A stretch of 52,781 bases of DNA, the filler included, from Jimgerdemannia flammicorona (Eukaryota), in assembly GCA_003990765.1 (NCBI GenBank). It is 2 parts of 2 records of this genome, joined end to end, with 100 filler letters (N's around TTAATTAATTAA, not from the genome) between each part and the next. Parts side by side here need not be neighbours in the genome. Positions count along the whole stretch, not along the records: positions 26,445 to 52,781 come from RBNJ01000735.1; 1 more part is not named here. One strand, 5' to 3'. The position numbers were made by a program, and so were the translations under genes. This document shows positions 35,950 to 46,979 of this stretch, piece by piece. The notes beneath the pieces are model-generated. The model did no database searches, was not told the origin of the DNA, and saw only the letters and a list, made by a program, of their open reading frames with translations. How positions within the stretch are numbered: position 1 is the stretch's first letter; each line of letters starts with the position of its first letter.

Positions 35950-36778
35950 AGAAATCAATGTCCTCGTTGATTGAGAAATTGAGAACCAGGGGAGAGAAAG
36001 GTGGGGAATCCTCTTCAGGGTTGTTGGCATCCTCTTCAGTAGCAGGGGGGGTGGTGGTTGTTGAAGTCTCGCTGTCCAGGATGGAGAAGTCAATGAGGTC
36101 TGCAAATGGTTCCTGCATTGGGATGGGTGCTGGTATAGGGGTTCTCCATCTGATGCAGTTGGGGCTATTCAAGTAGGGTTCTTGATCTTAATGCCTGGAA
36201 ATATTCATGTAGATAGGTGGTCCTTCAAAAAGGTCAGAGAGGCCTTGGAGCCATTGGTCTGGGTTGTCATTCAGGAGGGGGCTCCAGTAGGGTTTGCAGT
36301 CAGTGGACTTGAGGGTGATCCAGGAGTTGGCTTCTTGGGCTACCTTGATCTCTAGTTTGTCAACCTTGAAGAAAGAGAGGTTCTGGAAGTCCTTCAGTTG
36401 GACATAGTTGAGGTTGGGGAGTGCAAAGGATGTATGGCATATGATTCAATGGACCTTCTTGGCAAGTCTTTGCTCGCTCCCATCCAGGTGGGTCCAATCA
36501 GAGACTTGGTCCATGGGCAGGTTATTTGCCCATTGGAGGAGTTGATGGCCAATCTCATATTTATGCCAGATCTCTAAGTGGCTGGTGGCAAGGTAGGCTC
36601 TTTTGATGACTTCACGGTAGTTGAGGACATAATGTCCTATGTCCTGGCTGGAGAGGTCAAGGGCCTCTGAGCAGTGATTCCTTCCTTAGATAGCAACCTA
36701 GATGTGTCCAAAGAGGTGGTCAACCTGGCTTGGGAGGGGCCAACTACGGCAGGTGGTTTGGCAGTAGGTAGCAGGCAT
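35948..36778 (-). pseudogene. Accessory ORF3 of the gypsy (277 codons, 4 in-frame stops, no indels), homologue of 17752-18852
   Basis: Manual translation: MPATYCQ...PLPSQVDHLFGHI*VAI*GRNHCSEALDLSSQDIGHYVLNYREVIKRAYLATSHLEIWHKYEIGHQL...RLAKKVH*IICHTSFALPNL...PLLNDNPDQWLQGLSDLFEGPPI...acidic tail. Confidence 0.8.
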
Positions 36779-36839
36779 TCTTGTCTTGTCTTTTCTTTGT
36801 GGGAAGAGGGGGATGAGAGTTGCAAGGTATTCTTGCCTT

Positions 36840-36851
36840 GGGTATTTATAC
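36840..36851 (-). promoter_or_regulatory. Putative internal TATA box for ORF3
   Basis: GTATAAATACCC lies ~65 nt upstream of the ORF3 ATG. It is the same 12-mer as the LTR TATA box. Confidence 0.55.
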
Positions 36852-37422
36852 TTATTCACCTATCTGGTGTGACCTTCCTTTGGTCACACTTTCTGATAAA
36901 ATATATGACCTGTTGCTGTAAGTGGGGCATGTGCTGGTCACATGAGAAAGTCCTGATTTCAAAGATCTTGTTACTTGTAGTTGTGGTTACACAGGGTTAA
37001 CAGGTCTTGGTCCACTTTTTTTTTGTCTGGTTGGCACATTTGTGAGGACTGGCCATCCTTGTCTAGGGCGAGGGCTCCCATTATTGCAGCTGGGGGTTTG
37101 AACCTCTTGGAAATAGACTTTTCTTGTAATCCGAGGCAATTCCTAGTAACAATATCTATCACGTGAATGGACTTAAACTGGTTTTGACATTGTCAGCTTT
37201 CCTAAGTTCCATATGAAGCATCTGTCATCATCCAGCAGAGATGACACAGATGGTGTAAAATGAAGTTGTTCAAATGTGTTTTGCTATACTGTACTAGATT
37301 GTTCTTTTGCTTGGGTATCTTCTTGTTAGTTATCCATAGTGTTCCTTTTTCTGCAATGTTCGGTATTATATGTTTCCAGGTAAAATATGTAGTATCCTTC
37401 TTCTCATTATACGCTCCAATAC

Positions 37423-40400
37423 TCAGAGCTGTAGTTCTTTCCTTTGCTGGGGAGTGAGTGTTTCCATATAGTCCTGGAGGGCTTTGTGTGCATTCTTCAG
37501 GGCTTCTTCTTTTTCCCAGATAGCATCATGGGTAGGGTAACCCTTCCACTTGATCAGAAAAAACCGCTTGACTGTTTTGGGATATTTGCGGACCTTGTGG
37601 TCAAGTACTTCCTCAATGTCAAATTCCTCATGGTGGTTGATCCTAATTGGGGGTAGTGGTGGAACTGTACACTTGAGGAATGGGTTCTCATGGTAGTCCA
37701 CCAATTGGCTGATATGGAATAGTGGGTGTACTTGAATATTGTGAGGGAGTTGCAACTTGTAGTTGACTTCGCTGATTTTTTCCATGATCCTGTATGGTCC
37801 AATTCTTCTAGCACAGAGTTTCTTGGCTGGTTGTGCTAGGGTGTCTAGGTGGAGGTGGTCTGTTCTAAGCATGACCATGTCACCAATATTGTAGGAGGCT
37901 TTTCTTTGCTTCAAGTTCACATGCTTGGTCTGGTAGTCTTATGCTTCTATGAGAGCATCTCTTGTTATTCAGGTAAGGTCAGAAATAGTCTCGATCAGAT
38001 CTTGGACTACTGGGACTGCTGATTTTGCAGTAGTACTTGGGGTCCTTGGTTGTTGACTGTGGTTCAGGAAAAATGGAGTCTTCTATGTAGAGATTTACTG
38101 ACTGTTGTTGTAGGCAAACTTGGCATGGGCTAGGTACTTGTCCCAATCATTTTGCTTGTAACAGCAGAAGATACTAAGCATCTGTTTGAGAGTCCTATTG
38201 GTTTGCTCGGTTTGACCATCAGTCTGAGGGTGGTAGGCAGTAGAGAACTTCAGCTTAGTTCCATAGAGAGAGAAAAATGCCTTCCAGAAGTTGCTTGTGA
38301 ACTTGGCATCTTGATCAGATATAATAGGGCTAGGTATGTCATGTAGCCTAAATACTTGATTGAGGAAAATCTCGGAAATCTCTGGTGCTGTAGCAGTGGT
38401 CTTGGTTGGTGCAAAATGGGCTTATTTACTTAGGTGGTCCATGAATACCACAATGGCATCCCTTCCTGCCTTAGTCTTGGGGAGTTGGACAATGAAGTCC
38501 ATTACAATCTGGTCCCAATTGTGACTTGGGATAGGCAAGGGTTGCAGGAGTCCTGCTGGTAGCTTGTTACCACTTTTAAACCTTTGGCACATCTCACATG
38601 AGGCCACAAAGTCTTTGATGTCCTTGGTCATCTTTGGCCAGTAGAACTCTCTTGAGAGGAGGTTGTAGGTCTTTTCGAAACCAAAATGTCCTACTGCAGG
38701 AGTATCATGGAGTTCCTGCATAATCTTGAGTTGCAGAGTATCATTGTTGAGTACAACCACTCTATCATAGTCCCTGTAGATAAGTCCATTATGGTAAGTG
38801 AATCTCTTGGCCATTTGCCTCATGGGTTCTGGGACATCGGCCTCTGGGTCTTGGTAGAATTGAAGGAAATTTGTCATTGGGCTGTCTTGCTGGTAGCCAT
38901 CCTTGATCATTTGGGTAAGGTCTCCAATTACTTCGACCATGAAGACAAGTTCATCTTCCATGTACCTGGAGAAACCATCAGCCACACAGTTGGTTTTGCC
39001 TGGGATATATTTGATTTCCATATCAAAGTTGGCAATGATTTCTATCCAGCAGGCTTGTCTGTGGGTCAGCATGGGCTGTGTGTGAATATACCACAGTGCA
39101 TGGTGATAGGTGTAGACTACAAATGGCTGTCCTAGGAGAAAATAGCACCATTCCTGAAGTGCAATGATAATAGCCAAGAGTTTCTTCTTATGGGTGGTAT
39201 ACTGGGTCTCAGCTGGCTTGAGCTTTTGGGAAAGGTAGGCCACTGGGCGGTCTTCTTGGCTGAGTACTGCTTCAATAGCAATGTCAGAGACATCTGTGGT
39301 CAGGGTGAATAGTCTGGTAGGGTCAGGTGCAATTAGTACTGGGGCTTCGGTAAGGAGTCTCTTGAGATGGTCCATAGCCAGAGTGTATTCAGGGGTCCAT
39401 TCAGCTTTGATGTTCACTCCTTTGCAGGCCAGGCTGGTTAAAGGAGCTGCAATAGCAGAGTATTCTTGGATAAACCTTTGGAAGTAACTGGCAATACCCA
39501 AAAAGTACTGGAGTAGCTTGAGGGTGGTAGGGATAGGGATATCCTTGGGGGCTGATACCTTTCGGGGGTCCACATTGATACCTTCAGCAGAGATGATATG
39601 TCCTAAGTACTCAATCTGGTCTTGATAGAATTTACACTTGCTCATCTTGGCATAGAGCTGGTGTTCTCGCAGGAGGGTCAGTACTTGTCTGAGATGGGTG
39701 TAGTGTAGTTCCACTGTCTCACTGTAGATTAGTATATCATCAATATACACAAGGACACAGATGTCAAGGAGTGGTCCAAAAATGTCATTCATCAGATACT
39801 GGAATGTTGCTGGTGCATTGGTCATTCCAAAAGGCATGACTCAGAACTGGTAGTGTCCAAACTATGTTCGGAAAGCTGTCTTCTCAATGTCCTTCTCATC
39901 AATGAGAATCTGATGGTAGCCATTTCGCAAATCCAGTAGAGAAAAGGTCTTGGCCTTGAAGATTTGGTGTAGCAACTCATCAATCCTAGGTAAGGCATAC
40001 TGGTTCTTGATGGTGATCTTGTTGAGAGCTCTGTAGTCAATACACATTTGCAAAGAGCCATCCTTCTTCTTGACAAATAGAATGGGGGTTCCAAATGGAG
40101 AGCAGCTGGGTTCAATATATTCTTGGGCCAGTAGTTTGGTCAATTCATCCTTGAGAGTCTTGAGCTCAGGTTGGGCCAGTTGGTAGATACTCTTGTATGG
40201 GGGTTCAGATTCTGGAATAAGATCAATTCCATGTTGGATTTGGCACTTGGGTAGAAGTCCTTGGGGGTCTTGGAATACATCTTGGAATTCTTCAAACAGT
40301 TCTTGAGCTTCTGTTCGAATTGGGCTACTTGTAGCTTCAGTGACTTCTTGTACTGTACAGATGAAGTAGGTGTTTCCCTTTTTTCAAGAGAGTCTCTTCA

Positions 40401-40895
40401 TTTGAATGGCAGAGATGATTTCAATTCCTTGATGGTTAGTACCTTCCTGGGGTGTCAAGGTGATATTTCTGCCTTCATGGGTCAGGTTAATCTTGTTGGT
40501 TCTCCAGTTGATGTCTGGGTTGTGCTGGGTCAACCAGGCTTTTCCTAAGATAATATCTTATCCTGGGAGATCTACAATGCTGAAGTCCAACTTCTCTTGA
40601 TATTTGCCAATCTTGAGCAAAAGATCTTTGCAGATCTTAGTCAATGGTGCAGTTTTTCCATCACCAAAGGTGACACTTCTTTTCTCAGTGGCTGGTCTGC
40701 TTCGGGCTCCAATCCTCTTGGTGGTCTTGATGCTGATATAGTTTCCAGTAGCACTACTATCAAGCAAGACATTGACATTCTATCTGTGGACTTGGCCTGT
40801 AAACTTGATGTAACTGTCCTCCTTCTTGATGGTATTAAGCTCTTCATCTTCATTGTTGTCCCAATTGTTGTCAGTCTCCTCGAAGTCAGTTTTTC
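37423..40895 (-). pseudogene. pol: pol: protease, RT, RNase H, integrase, chromodomain (single frame, nonsense stops only)
   Basis: LDSSATGNYIS (PR); [28 protein letters not shown] (RT); TDVS, ADGFSR (RH); HDTP..GH..CEMC, MDFIVQLP, YHPQTDGQTE, GPY (IN); FDIEEVLDH..FLIKWKGY..IWE (chromodomain, ~37470-37630). Confidence 0.95.
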
Positions 40896-41132
40896 CCATC
40901 CTTCACAAGGAGGGTTGTCTTGTTTGGGTTTCTCAGTCTGTTGAGCTTGATGTTTCTTGGATTGAATTTTGAAAACTTTGGAGAGGCATGCATGGCATTC
41001 ACCAATATGTTCCATGCAGTACATTCTAATGGAATGAGGGCATCATCCACATGGTGCATAACTATCTGCAATTCTCCTGTACTCATTTTCATCATCTTCC
41101 TTCATGGTAGTGACCTTTTGACTGGGAGGTTT

Positions 41133-41546
41133 ATTGGTAGATCCAAACCCTTTCTTGCCATGGTCTGTCTGGGAGAGTTTGGGGACTTCTTCAATGGTGA
41201 GATCTTGATAGATTTCTTCAATAATTGCTTGGGCAATTCTCTGGCCTGTTTTGACTTCAAATGATGTGTCTCCAAAATTTTGCAAGATGACATGGATTTC
41301 GCTAGTAAATCCTTGGTCAACTACTCCTCCTCCTAGTCCAATGTTGAACTCTTTGGCTAGGCTGCTTCATTCAGCAAGGCAGATGTATATTCCTTTGGGA
41401 GCTTACATTGCAATTCCTGTTCATACTGTAGCATTGGTACTTGGTGGAATAGTGAGATCTTGACTGCTGTAGAGGTCATATCCAGTATCGGTTGGGTGGG
41501 CCTTAGTGGGGATGGTAGCCTTGTACCATATCTTCTGTACTTTGAT
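41133..41546 (-). pseudogene. dut: Trimeric-type dUTPase domain, in the gag frame
   Basis: All five motifs are readable: TGYDL, (R>*)SSL, GVVDQGFTSEI, GQRIAQ, HGKKGFGST. Confidence 0.92.
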
Positions 41547-41639
41547 AACATTCTCAGTGTTCTTCTTTCCTGGACCTTCTCCAAAGACAGTAATGTTCTG
41601 GTTACTGGGTTCACCTGTTCTGTACTTCTTCTTAGGACA

Positions 41640-43400
41640 TCTGACTGAGATGTGTCCTGCCATCTTGCAGATGAAGCACAATTCTTTTTCATGGAGCTGC
41701 TTCTTCTCATCCTCAGTGGGAGGTCTGGGTCCTCTGGGGGTTTGCTGGTTCCTTTGATCATTCCTTTGATCATATCTTTGGTCATTCCTTTGATCATTTC
41801 TCCTGGTAGGATTCCTCTTATCTTAGTTATCCTTCTTGTATTCTTGATTTCGTGGAGCTTGTATAGCAAGGATTTCACGGGCTCTTCTTTGTACTTGGGC
41901 AAAGTACTATGAGTAGTGGGGGCATCCTTGGGGAAGACCTTGTTCCTTGATCTTCTGGATGAGCCAGTCTGGTAGGGCTGCAAAAAGGTGGTTGGCTCTG
42001 ATACCATTGATGGCCAGATTGTTTTCCTGGTAGGTAAGTCCAACGGTTTTAAGGTAGGCATCCATTCTGGTGGCAAAGGTCTCTAGATCTTCTTCACCAT
42101 TCTTGTGGAACTTCATCTGGGACAGTTTGTTCCAAGTTTCTTATATATAGGCTGCATTTTGAAATTTGGTCAGTAGCAAGGCCTTGAGTCCTGGGCCTGC
42201 TTCATAGTCATCCCAACCTAGTCTGTTGTTGGCAGGTACTTGTCTATTGACTTGGGGGTGGGCTTTCCAGGTTACTGGGTGTTGTTCCAGGGTACACCAG
42301 AATTCAGCTGCTGTTCCAGTGAAGAATGTGACTACTGTTTCTACTTGTGCTGCTGATGTGGCAAACAGCTGTTGGAGGGTGCTGTTCTGGTTGTTTGTGA
42401 GCATTCCTATAGGCACTCGGTTGTCATTCTATTGGTTTGCTTGGTAGCCTGTATCAACTGCATTGATGAAGTTTTCAATGTTGCTGTTTTTTCCACTGAA
42501 TTTTGGGATTCGCAAGGTCTTGGTTGGCTTGTTCTGTTCAGCAATCTGTCCTACTATCCCTGCTAGTACTGCTAGCTGGGTGGTCAGTGCTGTAATGTTG
42601 GTATCTACCATTGTATTGACTATTGATGGTGGGCCTGTTAGGGTAGATTCTTCTGAAGATTGTTCTACTTGGTGGGGTTGTGGTGCTGTCTGACTTGGGG
42701 TTACTTGATTCCCAGATATTAAGTCAAAGAGTCCTGTGAGAGAGGGTAAACCAAACCTCTGTAAAGGTGGCTGGGTTGGTTCTGGGGTCTGATCTTCTTG
42801 ACCTGTAGTTCCTTGGTAAATTCCTAGGCCTGCTGTTCCTTATTGGCTATTGTCAGACTGGTAACCTGTAGAGTCTTCGTCTGACTCTCTTCTCTGATGA
42901 GATAGTGTGTCCTCATACTGACTAGGTCCTTCAAAGAGGATATCAGTCTCTGGCTGAGTAGATGGGCCTGCTCCTTGTTCAGCAGTAGGGGATGGTTGGC
43001 CTGCTTGCTCGTTCTCATACTTAGTTATGGCAGAGGTATAGTATACAACTAGTCTGTAGTAGAGGGAGGTCTTGGTAGGGGTGTGATGATATCTGTTAGA
43101 GGCAATCCACTCAGCAGCTGCTTCTCTTGCCACAGGGGGTGTGATATAATCTAGAAAATCCTGGGTAGCTGCAGCAGTAGATTCTGGGGTCCTAGTGGTT
43201 CCAATGTGTCCTCGGAGGAGTTCATAGAACCTATGGTGGCTAACAATATTCCTAAGTCCTGGGTGGTATGTCCTAAAGGCCTGGTATAGATCCTTGTAAG
43301 CCTGGTCAATTACAAGCTTGTGGGTCCCTGTGTCTGTGGTTTCCTGGTACCACCTAGTCCTAATGGCAAGAGCTTCTCTGGCTCTGGTTTGGGGATCCAC
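41640..43400 (-). pseudogene. gag: gag with long N-terminal extension and CCHC zinc knuckle
   Basis: ORF pieces ending at 43400, 42611, 42416, 42116 and 41681 share one frame. Motifs RIPKFSG...FI, FTGTAAEFW and CFICKMAGHISVRC. Confidence 0.85.
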
Positions 43401-43484
43401 AGTTAATTCTGGGGGTTACTCCTCTCTAAGGTTGGTCTTGTTCCAACTTCAGGAGTGTATTCTCTGGTGCCTTCTTGGCTGGTA

Positions 43485-43498
43485 ATCCACTGCTACCA
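43485..43498 (-). promoter_or_regulatory. Primer-binding site, probably tRNA-iMet
   Basis: TGGTAGCAGTGGAT, 3 nt downstream of the 5' LTR. Confidence 0.8.
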
Positions 43499-43501
43499 AG
43501 T

Positions 43502-44268
43502 TGTAATAACTCTCACTTCTACCTCTCTCTTATCCTTTGGATAATTAGGGAAGTGGACTATTACTTAGGGACTTAGTACACAATATGTACCAAGAAGTCT
43601 TCAGTTTGAGGAAGTGCTCACTTTAAGTAGTTGTAGTGGCAGTGCCTTCTGTTTCAAAGGTCTTTCTCTTGTGCCCTATTTCGAGGGTCTTATTCTTTGC
43701 TGTGTACAGACTGAATTCGCCTTGGAATTCAGGTTCAATGGGTTTACTTAAGTCTTTGGGGATTTATATACTGGTCTCAGTTCTGGCATAAGTTAGCTAG
43801 GCTTCTGGAATTTAGTCAGAAACACTAGAGTCACTTAGGTGTCATTACTAAGACTCAGGGGAATGTGTGTATATAGGGGGAACTTGATTCTTGTATCAAG
43901 AACTGAACTAAAACTGCTTTATTTCAGATGGAAACTGGGGGGTATTTATACAAGTTGGTCTGCAATTACTGACTAAGTATGAGTGACTAATTTGGTAACT
44001 ATAATGAGGTTTGTGATCATGACCTTTGTCAGGTGGTTTGTTGGCAAAAACATCTTTGTGATCAGGACCTCAATTACTAGGCAATGATCAGCAGCTGTGG
44101 CAACTGTTGCTGCAGTGCTGATTGTTGGGGATAAGCTAAATATCGTTTTCTACATTGTTTCGCATTATTCATCACTCACTATTTATATGTCATGCTCAAT
44201 TGTATGATGACATCATCGCTGCCAGGTCATGTGATTGCTCATCATTCGTCATACCTCATTCTATTACA
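43502..44268 (-). repeat. 5' LTR
   Basis: Direct repeat of 35170-35936, differing mainly by transitions. Confidence 0.96.
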
Positions 44269-46785
44269 CTGCCCCTCCATCTGACCTGTCCAGTGTCTGA
44301 TCATACACCATATGGAAATCCCCCCCCAGAATGTCTAGTGCTACCACCTCTCAACCCTCTCAAGCCCACCAGTCCTCAACCTATTGCTTTTGCCCTCTGC
44401 CAACTACAGGGAGATAAACCAAGCCTACTGCCAGACCATCACCTGCCCCTCCCTTTAGCCTTCCTGATATCAATCTATTACCATAAACCTCGACCTCCAC
44501 TAGCTCACCTTTATCAATACCCACCAGGATGCCCACCTGCTTGTTCCAACCTGTACCACCATACCATTATTTACTCCACATCTCATAGTTCTGCTCTCTA
44601 TATACCTGAACATCCTGAAGGAAAACAATATCATATCTTCTGACTTTAAGCCATCGAAACAGTCTTCACCTCTTAACACCATCTTGCAACCCATTGACAT
44701 TGATTGATAATATGTATAAACTATTCATCATCATCAAAGAAATGTTAAAAGCTCTGCTGGGACCACTACCACTTTCTCAGCCCTTTCTCTAATGATCTCT
44801 TGCTGGTCCTCACAAATTGCCCTCCAGATTCAATCACTATTTGCACTGAGGCAGAAAAGGTCCGCCCTTTCTGCTGCTACCTTCCTTATGTCTGCCATTC
44901 TGCTCTCATCAATATCATATTCTTCATTATGCAGAAGAGCTGCAACCATTGCTATCACTAGCTTAGGCCCCTGTATCACAATCTTAAGAAATCCCTCCCA
45001 CGCCTCCTGAGATCTGTAAAATATGTCCACTTCCTTGATGTCTTCCTCAGCAAGTTCTTCAAGTACCGCCTGATACCAGCTTTCTGCCATCATCACCAGG
45101 GGCCCAGGAGTTGAAGGCCTGGGGGTCCTGCTCGGCTTCTGCAATTGCTCTCTGTCTGCCGACATGTCCTAAGCCACATCCACCAGCTCATCCTCCTCCA
45201 CAACCTTCTCCAGATATACCACCTCACCAGTCTCAGGGCACTCCCAATGAACATTTACTGCCCCAGCCATATGGGTGTTCTCAACCTGTGTCTCTGGCAC
45301 TACTTCAACTTCTGCCTCAAAGCCTCCTTCTCCCATCTCCTCCTTATCTGCCCATTTTCCTCTCACCAGTGCATGTGCTGAGCTCTTCACACCACCCAGC
45401 TGGGAGAAAGACACCTCTGCTGCTTCCACACCCTCCATCTGATTCTTTGCTGCCTCTACTCTCATATTCTCTTCCACTGCCACCCCCTGAAGAACTGCCT
45501 GGAGATGCTCCCAATTCATTTTCCTCCATCTCTTCCACTTGCCATCTGCCTGAATCCAGACCCAATCCTTGGCAAACTCCTCCCACTTCCTCTTCTGCAA
45601 CTCCTTTACAGCCTCCCTCTCCTCCAGAGCAATTGCCAACTCTTCTTCCTCCTGTTCTGCCCCCTTCCTCCTCCACACCTTGCACTCCTGCCCTCTATCT
45701 CAAATCCCCTCTGGCCAATCTTGTCCCAGGCCAGTTGCCTCTTTGCCTTCCAGGTGCAGCATCACCTCACAGTTACCATTCCTCAATTTGGTACTCTCCC
45801 AGAACATGAACCGAAAATCCACCATCTCACCCTAGCTACCCAGTGCCTCCACCACCATCTCATTGGTCTCCTACCTGCCCAGAGTTGGCAAACTCTCTAC
45901 CACCAGTTGAACAGCTCATGGGTCCCACCTCAAACACCTTGCTATCCCAATTCTGACACCCTTGACCACTATTCCTTTCTCTAGAGCTTTCACCATCGTA
46001 TCCTCCTCTACAAATCCAATCTCCACTGCCTCCACCAAAGGGATGAACTTCAAGGATTCTGCCCCCACCACTTCCTTCCCCACCAGCCTTAGGACCTCCC
46101 TAGTAGATATTGCTAATCCTAAGAAATTCGCTGAAACTGCCCACGTCAATACCAATTTGTGAAAGAATGGCCTCACCATCAACTCACCCATCTCAGCTAC
46201 TAGGGTCTCCTTCCCCTTAGTCCCAGAAACACCAGTGGTTGCCTCACCAGTTGCAGCCACACCACCAGCAGTCCTCTCCCCAGCCACCTGCCCAGCCATA
46301 GAAGAACCAGTCCCTATTGTCACACCACCAGACCCCTGTCCCCTTCTAGCCACCTGACCTGTCACCTGACCTGTCACCTGACCCCTCCCCCTATCAACAA
46401 TACACCCCCCCTGCCCTGCCCCCAAGGGCCTGGCTGCAGCCCTCCTGCCTCTAACTACAGTATGCTAAGCTTCTATTCCACCAGTTCTCCTCTGACTACC
46501 AGCCTCTCCTACAGTCATACCAGCTCCTGCAACAGCTGCAAAGCTCTTGGGAATATTCAGACCAGGCCTCCTTCTCTCCAGATGCTCAGAGCTAGAGGAA
46601 TCTTGACTAGTCATATTGCCAAAACTTGATGGTTTTCTCTGAAACTTATTGTGCCTTGTAAATAGACTTCTACCACACAATGTACATCTATTTGTTCGAA
46701 ATAAAAACTTGTAAATGTGTTGTCTTTTGCTGAAAGGTGTTTGTGTGGCTTAGCTCACTCTGTGTAGTTCAAGCAAAAGAAGTCC

Positions 46786-46979
46786 CTCAAAGAAGTCCCT
46801 TCCACCACTCCATCAGCTTACCAATTCCTAACCATGGGTCCTGCTCAAACACCTATCTCCAGTGTACTGCCATCAGGACCCAGACCCCTAAGACTTGACC
46901 TAGTCCCCCCCAAATATTTACTATTTTCCCCACTAGCTGGCACTTGACCACCAGACTGATAGGATCTCCAGTTCTGACA
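46786..46979 (-). mobile_element. Relic of the ORF2 C-terminus of an older family-B LINE
   Basis: The reverse complement encodes GVWVLMAVHWR*VFEQDPWLGIGKLMEWWKGLL, matching 52500-52695. Confidence 0.8.

Larger units (their letters stand above)
35170..44268 (-). mobile_element. Complete Ty3/gypsy chromovirus-type LTR retrotransposon with dUTPase and an extra 3' ORF
   Basis: Two 767-bp LTRs, 5-bp TSD CTGCC (35165-35169 / 44269-44273), PBS, PPT, and domain order gag-dUTPase-PR-RT-RH-IN-chromodomain. Confidence 0.97.
27679..46785 (-). mobile_element. Family-B LINE split into three pieces (44269-46785, 34031-35169, 27679-28239) by nested insertions
   Basis: The pieces rejoin across the TSDs (DRSDGG|AGVVVS at the gypsy; LYKEKGD|Q at the LINE) and are colinear with 46980-51340. 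The 5' end GGACTTCTTTTGC is at 46785. Confidence 0.88.

Noticed and set aside
35948..36778. ORF3 as an env gene
   Set aside because: No signal peptide, transmembrane segment or furin-like site is evident in either homologue.
41750..41800. 12-bp tandem repeat in gag (and QVTG repeats at 46350-46385, 47575-47615)
   Set aside because: Ordinary in-frame low-complexity coding repeats.
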